24,545 nucleotides of DNA from NCBI GenBank assembly GCA_035544355.1, contig DATKFO010000656.1, positions 1 to 24,545 on the forward strand. Direction: 5' to 3'. The notes beneath the pieces were generated by a model, which did not search any database, was not told where the DNA came from, and was given only the letters and a program-made list of their open reading frames with translations. Source of the DNA: Thermoanaerobaculia bacterium (lineage in GTDB: Bacteria; Acidobacteriota; Thermoanaerobaculia; Gp7-AA8). Shown here piece after piece: positions 15,501 through 22,969 of the stretch (its first letter is position 1; every line of letters begins with the position of its first letter). A program made the position numbers and the translations under genes.

Positions 15501-16373
15501 AATGCGACGACCGAAACGCTCTACCGTTTCATCGACCAGACCGCGAACATCGGCGGCATCGTCTCGCAGATCAAGAAATCGAAAATCAAGAAGGGTCCGA
15601 ACGAAGGGAAGTTGATGGCGAAGTTCGTCCTCGACGATCAATTCGGATCCGTCGACGTCGTCGTCTTCAGCGATCTCTACGCGAAGTACGCGCGCTGGCT
15701 CGACAACGGCGTCGCGGTGCTCATCACGGGAGCGGTGAAAGACACGGGCGGCATGACCACGGGACGCAGCGCTTCGCTCCAATCGGCGGAGCAGTCCGCG
15801 CAGCACATCGATGATGAATACGGCGGACATCCGGAGACGTCACGCGCGCGCGTGTCTGCGTATGAAGTGCGCATCGACGATGCGGAAGAAGACGATCGCG
15901 ATCCGAAAGAGATCGAGCGCGATCGCATCGGTGCCGATGTCGACAAGTTCAACCTCGGACTCTTCGGCGAGCCCGCAGCCGCGGAGCCCGAGGACGCGAT
16001 CGTTGAAGAGCCGGTCACGTTCAAAGAACATGCGGCTGCATTTCACGAAGCGCCGATCACGCCGGAGCTCTCCGCGCTGGAGATCGTGCCGCTCGACGGC
16101 ATCCGCGACAAGAAGGTGAAAGAGATCGCGCTCGAAGTACCGTATCCGCGCATGAGCGAAGACACGGTGAAGCGCATTCGCGAGATCGTCGAAGAGCACG
16201 CGGGCGAGATTCCGCTGAGCATTACGATCGTCGAACTGCCCGCGGACGTCGCGCAAAACGTCGGCCGCGCGGACATGCGTCTGCGCATCAATCATCACTT
16301 CCGCGTGCAACCGGGTGCGGCACTCACGCAGGCGCTCGGGCGTGTATATGCACATGCGCGATACGTCTTCTGA
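12567..16373 (+). CDS. dnaE: DNA polymerase III alpha subunit
   Basis: PHP domain (HLHLHTEYSLLDG, TDHG, NDSHY), GPGRGSAAGS, FERFLNPER.SMPDIDIDF, GLLKMDFLGL, YGFNKSHS, clamp motif QSSLF, EKETLGFYITGHP, OB fold. Confidence 0.99.
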   Translation: MSFVHLHLHTEYSLLDGATRPDALAKRVAQLGMPACAITDHGNMFGAVEFYNAMKSVGVKPIIGCEMYMAYGSRHDKTSVEDQQADAGSNNHLIVLASNDTGYKNLVKLVSAGYTEGFYYKPRIDKEILREHREGLIVLSSCLKGEVSQNLAQGNYTRAKDAALQFKEILGPDNFFLEIQDHGIPDQQKIVPMMARLGEEVGLPLIATNDSHYLNKDDAFAHEVLLCIGTGKTLNDEKRMKFYSDDFYVKGPDEMRRIFSAYPEALANTVRIAERVHMSLDVKGHHLPKFPVPEGYDLNTYFAEIVRAGLKKRLSAATRRKHEPQEYWDRLEREIDIINNMGFPGYFLVVWDFIKYAKDSGIPVGPGRGSAAGSLVAYSMGITDVDPLEYDLLFERFLNPERISMPDIDIDFCMNNRGRVIEYVRKKYGKENVAQIITFGTMAAKSVVRDVGRVIGLPYGLVDKVAKTIPTGPDVTLENAPKDSPALAEAMKNDAEVARIVEIGARLEGLSRHAGMHAAGVVITPEPVTNYVPLYLTNRDEIVTQYDMRVVEKMGLLKMDFLGLRTLTVIDDALKSAARETGTKIEIEAIPLDDPDVFRHFQEGRTKGVFQFESGGMVDLLRKSRPTKFEDLAALNALYRPGALDAGMVDEYVRRKNGQSKAKYLVPEMKEILEETYGVIVYQEQVMQIAQRVAGYSLGQADLLRKAMGKKDAAMMAAERDKFVAGAVANGYEKKKANEVFDYIEPFARYGFNKSHSVAYALVAYQTAWLKVHHPRHFMAALMSSEMDKTEAVVKFINEAKSMGIEVMPPDINESNYWFTVVGQNIRFGLGAVKGVGESAIESILAGRQKIGRFTSLLQFCEEVDLRACNKKVLEALIKSGSFDFLGGSRKALFDQIEPISDSAQRTKDEKERGQSSLFGNVAQTLLSVPKGAQTGVSVPQKAEWPEDEKLRNEKETLGFYITGHPLTRYANELKMFANATTETLYRFIDQTANIGGIVSQIKKSKIKKGPNEGKLMAKFVLDDQFGSVDVVVFSDLYAKYARWLDNGVAVLITGAVKDTGGMTTGRSASLQSAEQSAQHIDDEYGGHPETSRARVSAYEVRIDDAEEDDRDPKEIERDRIGADVDKFNLGLFGEPAAAEPEDAIVEEPVTFKEHAAAFHEAPITPELSALEIVPLDGIRDKKVKEIALEVPYPRMSEDTVKRIREIVEEHAGEIPLSITIVELPADVAQNVGRADMRLRINHHFRVQPGAALTQALGRVYAHARYVF
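15329..15388. repeat. 60-bp REP doublet in frame within dnaE
   Basis: Arms 15329-15354 and 15363-15388 (26 bp, 1 mismatch). Each arm is GTGG-led on its own strand and contains a GCACAGACA-nnnn-TGTCTGTGC hairpin. Confidence 0.9.
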
Positions 16374-16375
16374 CA

Positions 16376-16392
16376 ACTTCCGGAAGTAGACT
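16376..16392 (+). promoter_or_regulatory. 12-bp palindrome ACTTCCGGAAGT overlapping a putative leaderless -10 (TAGACT)
   Basis: Palindrome 16376-16387; TAGACT 16387-16392; then 6 nt and GTG at 16399. Confidence 0.45.
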
Positions 16393-16398
16393 ACGCCC

Positions 16399-19300
16399 GT
16401 GGCCCCGCTCGTTCTTGCGCTGTTGATGGCGACTGCGCCTGTGTCGAGTGCGCCGGCGCCTGAAGCCGTCGCGTCGTCGTTCGTGCAGGCGCTCGCGTTC
16501 GATCAGATGGAGGCGTTCGAGAAGATCGCCACCGCGGAAGCCATCGCATCCCCTGACTGGCAGCTGCTCCGCAATCGCGTGGAAAAGTATCAGTGCGTGT
16601 CGGTCGCGTCGCACGAAGTTCGCGTTGTGAGCATGACCGGCGACCACATGCTCCTGCTGCTGCAACTGCACGGAACCGCCCGAAGTCGCGGCGCGGTTTC
16701 GGTCGAGAGTCCGCTGCACGATCGCTTCGAGATCGAAGCGCAGCTCGTCGACAACACGTGGAAACTGAAATCCGCGGTGTTGTACGAGCACCGTCTCGCA
16801 CAGCGAATCGCGGAGCAGCGTCCGGTCACGATCGCGTCGATCCTCGAGCACTCCACCGACGCCGATCTGCCGTCGGTTCTCATCGAGCTCGCGGATGTGC
16901 TCATCGGCGAGCCCGCGGTGGAGAAGCGGGTGCCGTCTTACGAAGCGATCATCGGCCTCGCGTGGAACATCGGCGAGCCGGCGACGGCGGTCGAGTGCAT
17001 GCGCCTCTGGTCGTCGGCCGAGGTCTCGGTGAATTCGGACGACGCGATCCCGCGCGCGTACGAGACGCTCCGGCTGGCGAACGAATTGGGCGATCCGCGG
17101 CTGATCTCCGCGGCGCATCACGCGACCGGAATCGCGGAATGGATTCACGCCAAGAACATCCCGCGCGCGGTCGAAGAGTTGCGGAAGGCTGCGGACCTGA
17201 TCGAGCGCGTTCCCGACGCGCGCGGCCCGATGAAGAGCCGCTACATGGCTTCGTATCTCCTCTCGCTGCTGGGAAATCTTCGCGGCGCGCTCGACGACAC
17301 CGAGCTGTTGTCTGCGGCTGCGGAACGATTCGACTGGACGGAAGGGCGATGCATCACCGCGTTTCGTCTGATGGTGCTTCACTGGCAGTTCGGCAACCTG
17401 GAAATCTCGAATGCCTACGCCGAAGAGGCGTATCGCATGGCGCTGCGCATGGGCGATCAGGCGTTCATCGCCATGGCGTTGCACAATCTGACGTCGGCGA
17501 CGGAGCTCGAGGACTTCAGCGCGGTGGCGCCGGTCGATCTGGCGATGAGACTGGCTGCAGCGCGAAGGGCGCTGCGGAGCGTCGGCGAGCTCGGTCGCGA
17601 GGTCCCGGTTCGCCACGGAATCGCCGAGATCCTGATCGCGCAGGGAAACGTGGCCGAAGCGGAGACCGAGCTCTCGCAGGCCCTGTCGATCGCGCACACG
17701 TACGGCGACAAAGAAAATGCATCGCTGATCCTGCTCACGCTCGCGAAACTGCGCTTGTCGCAGAAGCGATATGACGAAGCGCTGCAGTTCGCGACGGAAG
17801 CGGACCAGCTTTCGGTCGCAGTTCGGACCGTGCGCATGTCGCTCATCGCGACCGACGCGCTCCCCCAAACGTTCATCGGCGAAGCGCTGCGTGCGCTCGG
17901 CCGGCGCGACGAAGCGATCGAAGCCTTCCGCCGCGCCATCGAGATCGTCGAGCTCGGGCGGGACAGCGTCTCCGATGACCCGGCGTCGCTCTCGCTCTAC
18001 TTCGACACCAAGGCCGCGCCGTATCAGGGGCTCGTGGCGATGCTCGTCGAGCAGGGGAAGTTCGAAGAAGCGCTCGTCATCGCCGAGCAACTGAAAGGCC
18101 GCACCCTCGGCGATGTGCTCGACGGCGCGCGCATCGATCGATCGCCGACGATGTCGGACGAGGAAAAACAACAGGAGCAGGCGCTCAACGAGAGCATCTC
18201 CGCGCTCAACCGGCAGCTGCTCGCGAATCCCGCGACCAGCAACGAAGTGCGGGGTCAGCTCGCGGAGAAGCGGCTGCAGTTGCGCCGTTTTCTCGCCGAC
18301 ATCTATCTGCGGCGGCCGACGCTGCACACGGCGCGTCCCGAGGCATTTGCATCGCTCGAGCACGACGCGCCGGCGCTGCTGCACGACGACTCCGCGGCCG
18401 TGCTCGTGTACTCGGTTCACGACAGCGAGACGTTTGCCTTTCTGCTTCGCAAGCGCGGCGACGACGTGAAGCTCACGGTGTGCCGCATCGCCGCAGGACG
18501 GCGCGATCTCGAGTCGCGCGTGCTCGCGCTCGTGCACTCGATCGAAACGCGCGATCTGCAATATCGCCGCAAGGCGCGGCAGATCGACAAGCTGCTCGTC
18601 GAGCCGTTCGATCGCGAGCTCGCCGGTGTGCAGCGGCTCTGCATCATTCCCGATCGTGCGCTGTGGCGGCTGCCGTTCGAAGTGCTCGTCGCGTCCGATG
18701 GAAAGCATCTCGTCGAGCGCCGATCGATGATGTACGGGCCGTCGCTCGCGCTGCTGCGCGTTGCTCACAATCTGCCGAAGCGAAGCTCGACTCAGATGTC
18801 GATCCTCGCCGTCGGCGATCCGACGATTCGCGGCGCGACACGCTCGACGGTGCGCACGCTGCGCGATTTTCAATTGAGTCCGCTGCCCGAAGCGCGCGTG
18901 GAAGCGAATGAGATCGCGCGTTTGTACGGCTCGTCCGCGCGCGTGCTCGTCGGCGATTCGGCGACGGAGACTGCGGTGAAGCAGTCCGCCGGCAAGGTCT
19001 CGATTCTTCATCTCGCGACGCACGGCCTGATCGACGATCACGCGCAGTTGTATTCCGCGCTCGTGCTGACACCGTCCGTCGGCGACGACGGCTTGCTCGA
19101 AGCGCGCGAGATCGCGTCGCTACCGCTGCAGGCGGATCTCGTCGTGCTGTCGGCGTGCGACACTGCGGGCGGGCAGGTCGTGAGCGGCGAGGGATTGATG
19201 GGGATGGCGTGGGCAGTGATGGCGGCTGGATGTCCGCGCATGATCGGCACGCAATGGCGCGTCGACTCCGCCGCGGCGGCGCGATTGATGGTCGCGTTTC

Positions 19301-19440
19301 ACAAGCGATTGTCGCGAAGCAACTCGGTCGCCGCGGTGTCCGATCATCTGCGCGGCGCGCAGCTCGAGCTGCTGCACAGCGCGGACTACAGCCATCCGTA
19401 CTACTGGGCGGGATTCGTCTTCATCGGCCGCAACGACTGA
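16399..19440 (+). CDS. Exported TPR + CHAT (caspase-like) protease
   Basis: Signal-like MAPLVLALLMATAPVSSA, TPR helices, EQLKGRTLGD, IIPDRALWRLPFEVL, HLATHG (His 19021-19023), VVLSACDT (Cys 19156-19158), HPYYWAGF. Confidence 0.92.
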   Translation: MAPLVLALLMATAPVSSAPAPEAVASSFVQALAFDQMEAFEKIATAEAIASPDWQLLRNRVEKYQCVSVASHEVRVVSMTGDHMLLLLQLHGTARSRGAVSVESPLHDRFEIEAQLVDNTWKLKSAVLYEHRLAQRIAEQRPVTIASILEHSTDADLPSVLIELADVLIGEPAVEKRVPSYEAIIGLAWNIGEPATAVECMRLWSSAEVSVNSDDAIPRAYETLRLANELGDPRLISAAHHATGIAEWIHAKNIPRAVEELRKAADLIERVPDARGPMKSRYMASYLLSLLGNLRGALDDTELLSAAAERFDWTEGRCITAFRLMVLHWQFGNLEISNAYAEEAYRMALRMGDQAFIAMALHNLTSATELEDFSAVAPVDLAMRLAAARRALRSVGELGREVPVRHGIAEILIAQGNVAEAETELSQALSIAHTYGDKENASLILLTLAKLRLSQKRYDEALQFATEADQLSVAVRTVRMSLIATDALPQTFIGEALRALGRRDEAIEAFRRAIEIVELGRDSVSDDPASLSLYFDTKAAPYQGLVAMLVEQGKFEEALVIAEQLKGRTLGDVLDGARIDRSPTMSDEEKQQEQALNESISALNRQLLANPATSNEVRGQLAEKRLQLRRFLADIYLRRPTLHTARPEAFASLEHDAPALLHDDSAAVLVYSVHDSETFAFLLRKRGDDVKLTVCRIAAGRRDLESRVLALVHSIETRDLQYRRKARQIDKLLVEPFDRELAGVQRLCIIPDRALWRLPFEVLVASDGKHLVERRSMMYGPSLALLRVAHNLPKRSSTQMSILAVGDPTIRGATRSTVRTLRDFQLSPLPEARVEANEIARLYGSSARVLVGDSATETAVKQSAGKVSILHLATHGLIDDHAQLYSALVLTPSVGDDGLLEAREIASLPLQADLVVLSACDTAGGQVVSGEGLMGMAWAVMAAGCPRMIGTQWRVDSAAAARLMVAFHKRLSRSNSVAAVSDHLRGAQLELLHSADYSHPYYWAGFVFIGRND

Positions 19441-20306
19441 AGCAGGCGTTTAGCTTCGGGCAATTTCGATTTCTCGAATTGCGCGGCCGCCGCGGATTCC
19501 ATTCCTTCACGTGCGTAGATCAATCCGGCAACGAGCGGATCATCGTGGCGCTTCACTTCCTTGAGCTCGGCGAGCGCCTTTGCATCGAGGATCTGGAAGC
19601 GTGCGGGTGGAGTGGGCGGGCTGGGCGCGGTGATCTCTTCGCCACCTTTGCGCACGAGGATCTGCCACGTGAGGATCTCGCCGCGCGGCAGCGGCTTGCT
19701 CGGCTGCCACGATGACACGTGCAGCCACGAGCTCGACGCGACGCTGTGAAACTTGCGGTCGTAGATCTCGACCTTCACCGCGTCGCCGTCGTAGGTCCAA
19801 CGAAACTCGGGACGAGCGTCTTCGACGACGATGCCGACGGGCTCGTTCAGCGCGTTCTTTTCCGGCGCAGGAACATCACCGCTGCGAACGCGTCCCGCAG
19901 TCGGATTGAGCAGCGCGAGGATTGCTGCCCGTTTCTCCGAGAGAATTTCGCGCACGAGCGGCTGCCACTTCGGATCGAGCGTCGCGACGGGCGCCGGCGG
20001 TTTGATCGTGTGGTGAACGATCGCCGGAACGTGCGTCGGTTGTTCGTTGCGCCGATTGAGCAGAAGCGTGCCTGCGACGATCGCGATTGCCGCGGCCACG
20101 GTCAGCGGCACGAACCAGCGCGTGGGCTGCGGTTGCAGCGTCTCGCGCCACGCATCGGTCGCGCGTCGCAGTGATTCCGGAGTCGCGATCTTCGCGCGGC
20201 ATTCTGCGCAATCCGTGATGTGCGCATCGACGGCGATCCATTCTTCGGCCGCGAGCGTGCCTGCCCGATACTTCTCGATCGTCTCGGCGGAAATGTGTTC
20301 GCTCAT
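19401..20306 (-). CDS. Zinc-binding anti-sigma factor (zf-HC2/ZAS), one TM segment, extracytoplasmic domain
   Basis: Start revised to ATG 20306 (MSEHISAE), which overlaps the sigma stop (ATGA). HITDCAEC is HxxxCxxC; TM WFVPLTVAAAIAIVAGTLLL; 301 aa. Confidence 0.85.
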   Translation of the reverse strand: MSEHISAETIEKYRAGTLAAEEWIAVDAHITDCAECRAKIATPESLRRATDAWRETLQPQPTRWFVPLTVAAAIAIVAGTLLLNRRNEQPTHVPAIVHHTIKPPAPVATLDPKWQPLVREILSEKRAAILALLNPTAGRVRSGDVPAPEKNALNEPVGIVVEDARPEFRWTYDGDAVKVEIYDRKFHSVASSSWLHVSSWQPSKPLPRGEILTWQILVRKGGEEITAPSPPTPPARFQILDAKALAELKEVKRHDDPLVAGLIYAREGMESAAAAQFEKSKLPEAKRLLQSLRPMKTNPAQ

Positions 20307-21301
20307 CGCTTCGGCCTCGCCTTCGCGCGCATTCTTCGCTCGAGACGATCGCGCGCCGATCTTCGTAGATTGATCACCTGCTGTCGTTGCATGCCGAGTT
20401 GGTCGGCGATGCGCAGATCGTCGAACGGCAGCTCGTTCCATTGCTGCGCGAGCTCGGTCGCGCTCATCTCCAGCGTCCTTGCGAGCTCGTGCAACGTGGC
20501 GATGCCGGTCGCGGGCAACAGATGCGTGATCGATTCGCCCGACGCATCGCGCGCGTGCAGCAGGAGCGCGATGCGCTGGCGAAGCGGCAGCTCGCCGATC
20601 TCGCTCCAGAGCAGGCGGAGATACTGGCTGTTCTCGAGCTCATCGCCGATCGACGGCGTCTGCGCAGTCGTCTGTTCCGGCAGCTCACGAGGCTCTCCGG
20701 TGATTCCGGTGGCTGCTGCGACGAGGACGACGAGCGCTTCGAACGAAACGGGGAATCCGATCTCGCGCAACGTCGCGACGACCGAATCGGCGAGATCGCG
20801 CGCGTGCCAGTGCTCGACAGTCGCAGGGATCTCGTGTGCAGCGCGGCCGTGCCACTCGCGCAAGCCGCAGGCGAGTTGCCGCGCATCGCCCCAGATCGCG
20901 AGGCGCGGATCGTTTTCGAATGCATAGCGAAGACGATTCTTGAGCCGCGCGCGCTCCGGATTCTTGCGCTGCATGAAATCGTCGAAGGCGTTGAAGGTGA
21001 CGACGGCGACATAGTCGGAAAAGCTCTCGATCGGATCGGCGCCGCCCGATTCGAGCAGACGGTCGATTCGCTTGATCAAACGGACGGCGACGTCGGCGCG
21101 GATGTCTTCCGCATCGGGGTCGTGCAACCGCTGACGGAAACGCGATGCGAGGATCGCATCGATGGCCGGATAGGCGTGCTGCTGAAAAAGCGCGGCCATG
21201 GCTACCTCTCGATCGGTGTCGTTCAATGCCCCGAGGACTTCGTGCAGGACCGGATCGTTTCCGCGGGTGCTATTCGTTGAGACCGTCCGATCGCTGCTCA
21301 T
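20303..21301 (-). CDS. Atypical long ECF-type sigma-70 factor
   Basis: Region-2-like AEDIRADVAVRL..FSDYVAVVTFNAFDDFMQR. Region-4-like LWSEIGELPLRQRIALLL..IADQLGMQRQQVINLRRSARDRL. Coupled to a ZAS anti-sigma gene. Confidence 0.8.
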   Translation of the reverse strand: MSSDRTVSTNSTRGNDPVLHEVLGALNDTDREVAMAALFQQHAYPAIDAILASRFRQRLHDPDAEDIRADVAVRLIKRIDRLLESGGADPIESFSDYVAVVTFNAFDDFMQRKNPERARLKNRLRYAFENDPRLAIWGDARQLACGLREWHGRAAHEIPATVEHWHARDLADSVVATLREIGFPVSFEALVVLVAAATGITGEPRELPEQTTAQTPSIGDELENSQYLRLLWSEIGELPLRQRIALLLHARDASGESITHLLPATGIATLHELARTLEMSATELAQQWNELPFDDLRIADQLGMQRQQVINLRRSARDRLERRMRAKARPKR

Positions 21302-21440
21302 ATTGGCAGTCGCCCAGCCACGGGCCCGACGATATCAGACGACGCCGACACGATCAGCCAGCCAACGCCGCTTTCCCGCTATACTCGCCGCGGTCACTTT
21401 GTAAATAACTTCCATTTTCGGGTCGTGAAGGCGGGTTTCG

Positions 21441-22886
21441 ATGGGCTTCTCGAGCAGGTTCTTGCGCGCCGCGGCGATTGCTGCGCTCATCAACGGCAGT
21501 GCGGGGGTCGCGCATGCGGCCGACTGTAACTCCTTCGTCCGCCTATTCTCACAGCGCGCCTCGACGCCGAATTTCGTCGCGTCGCCCGTCGCGTGGACCG
21601 GCACGACGTTCGGCATTGCCAAGACCGATTCGTTCTCGGTATCGGAGGCGATCTACTTTGCCGTCTACGACAGCGAGATGGCGCCGCTCTCGCCCGATCG
21701 CCTCGTCGCCGACAGCTCGCTGAAGGGGCCGACCGCGCTGCTCTGGACCGGATCGGAGTTCGGCCTCTTCTATCAAACGCCGAACCTGCAGCTCGTGCTG
21801 CAGCGCATTTCGTCGGTCGGCGTGCCGATCGGCGGACCGATCGAGATCGCGAAACATCACGCCACCGCGACGGACGACGAGTTCGACGTCGTTTGGGATC
21901 CGTTCCGCAATGCGTACGCCGTTGCGCGCACGATCGCGCAGACGTCCGATCGCGGCGTGTGGCTGATGATCGTCGGCACCGACGGCACGCTGCGCAAAGA
22001 CGTGGTCGTGAATTTCTTCCAGGCGCGGCCCGCGAAGGTGCGTGTCGCGGCGACGACGACCGGCACGATCGGCATCACGTTTCTGCGCTCGACGAATAAC
22101 GCGCTGCAGCTCGTGCGCGTGACGAGCACGGATGCGGTGCAGTTGCCGCAGACCGCGTCGACGACGGCCGAAGACGCGCGCATCGCGCCGCGCGACGCGG
22201 GCTTCGTGATCGTTTCGTCGACGCATGATTCGGGTACGGGGCGTGGCGTGATGAATTGGGCGCGCGTCGATGCGGACGGAAAGATCTCTGCGGAGTCGAC
22301 GCTGTTCAACGCGATCGGCATCGACGTCGCGCCGGTGTCGCTCGCATGGAACGCGCAGCGCAACGAATGGGCGCTCGCGTATCTCTCGTCGCAACTCGGA
22401 TTCCGAGTGTTTCCCGGCGAATATCGCCTGCGCCGTTTCCGCGCGACCGGCTCGCTGATCAGCGACACGCTGTTCTCGCCCGATCCGCTGCGCAACACCG
22501 CATCGACGAGCTATCCGATCGTCTCGACCGGCACCGCGTACTTCAGCTCGATCGAGTTGTTCGTCTCGCGGCAGGAGGGCAGCGATTCGTATGTCGTGCG
22601 CCATTGCCCGCTGACTGCGACCGCGACGGCGAGCACCGCATTCCCGCGCCCGTTCGACACCATCACATTCACCGCAACCGTGAGCGGCGGTACGCCGGAG
22701 TTTTCCTATGTGTGGGACTTCGGCGACCTCTCGAACCTCGAGAAAACCCCGACGATCACGCACCGCTTCGACCGCGAAGGCACCTTCGTCGTCACGCTCA
22801 CCGTGACCGACGCCGCCGGCGGCAAGTCGGTGACGACGACGACGGTGAAGGTCGCTGCCGGCAAGCGACGGGTGGGGCGGCGGTAG
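21441..22886 (+). CDS. Secreted protein with repeat-containing N-terminal domain and C-terminal PKD domain
   Basis: Signal peptide ending AHA. PKD motif FSYVWDFGD..PTITHRFDREGTFVVTLTVTD. Basic tail GKRRVGRR. Confidence 0.85.
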   Translation: MGFSSRFLRAAAIAALINGSAGVAHAADCNSFVRLFSQRASTPNFVASPVAWTGTTFGIAKTDSFSVSEAIYFAVYDSEMAPLSPDRLVADSSLKGPTALLWTGSEFGLFYQTPNLQLVLQRISSVGVPIGGPIEIAKHHATATDDEFDVVWDPFRNAYAVARTIAQTSDRGVWLMIVGTDGTLRKDVVVNFFQARPAKVRVAATTTGTIGITFLRSTNNALQLVRVTSTDAVQLPQTASTTAEDARIAPRDAGFVIVSSTHDSGTGRGVMNWARVDADGKISAESTLFNAIGIDVAPVSLAWNAQRNEWALAYLSSQLGFRVFPGEYRLRRFRATGSLISDTLFSPDPLRNTASTSYPIVSTGTAYFSSIELFVSRQEGSDSYVVRHCPLTATATASTAFPRPFDTITFTATVSGGTPEFSYVWDFGDLSNLEKTPTITHRFDREGTFVVTLTVTDAAGGKSVTTTTVKVAAGKRRVGRR

Positions 22887-22890
22887 TTTC

Positions 22891-22960
22891 GGAGTGCGGC
22901 GGTAGGGAAGGGCCTTCTTCGTGGGAGAAGGTGGCGCGCGAAAGGTGCGCCGGATGACGG
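22891..22960. repeat. Degenerate REP-like remnants and hairpins
   Basis: GGAGTGCGGCGG resembles the GGAG-led outer REP at 3371-3403. Hairpins CCTTCT/AGAAGG (22913-22931) and GGCGCGC/GTGCGCC (22933-22951). Confidence 0.4.
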
Positions 22961-22969
22961 TGAGCGCAG

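Noticed and set aside
14810-16058. Intein in dnaE
   Set aside because: YGFNKSHS, the usual DnaE intein site, is uninterrupted. The OB insertion has no Cys/Ser start, His-Asn end or LAGLIDADG motif.
16324-19041. 905-aa minus-strand ORF
   Set aside because: Antisense shadow of the CHAT gene; Arg-rich with no motifs, typical of high-GC DNA.
20307-20441. Track N-terminal extension of the anti-sigma ORF
   Set aside because: It overlaps the sigma CDS; ATG 20306 gives the ATGA coupling.
16399-21301. Type III-E CRISPR (Craspase) locus
   Set aside because: No Cas7-11, Csx30/Csx31-like genes or array in the window; the resemblance is an analogy only.
21407-21413. AACTTCC shared with 16375-16381 as an ECF promoter element
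   Set aside because: Only 7 bp, and no properly spaced -10 partner was found on either strand.
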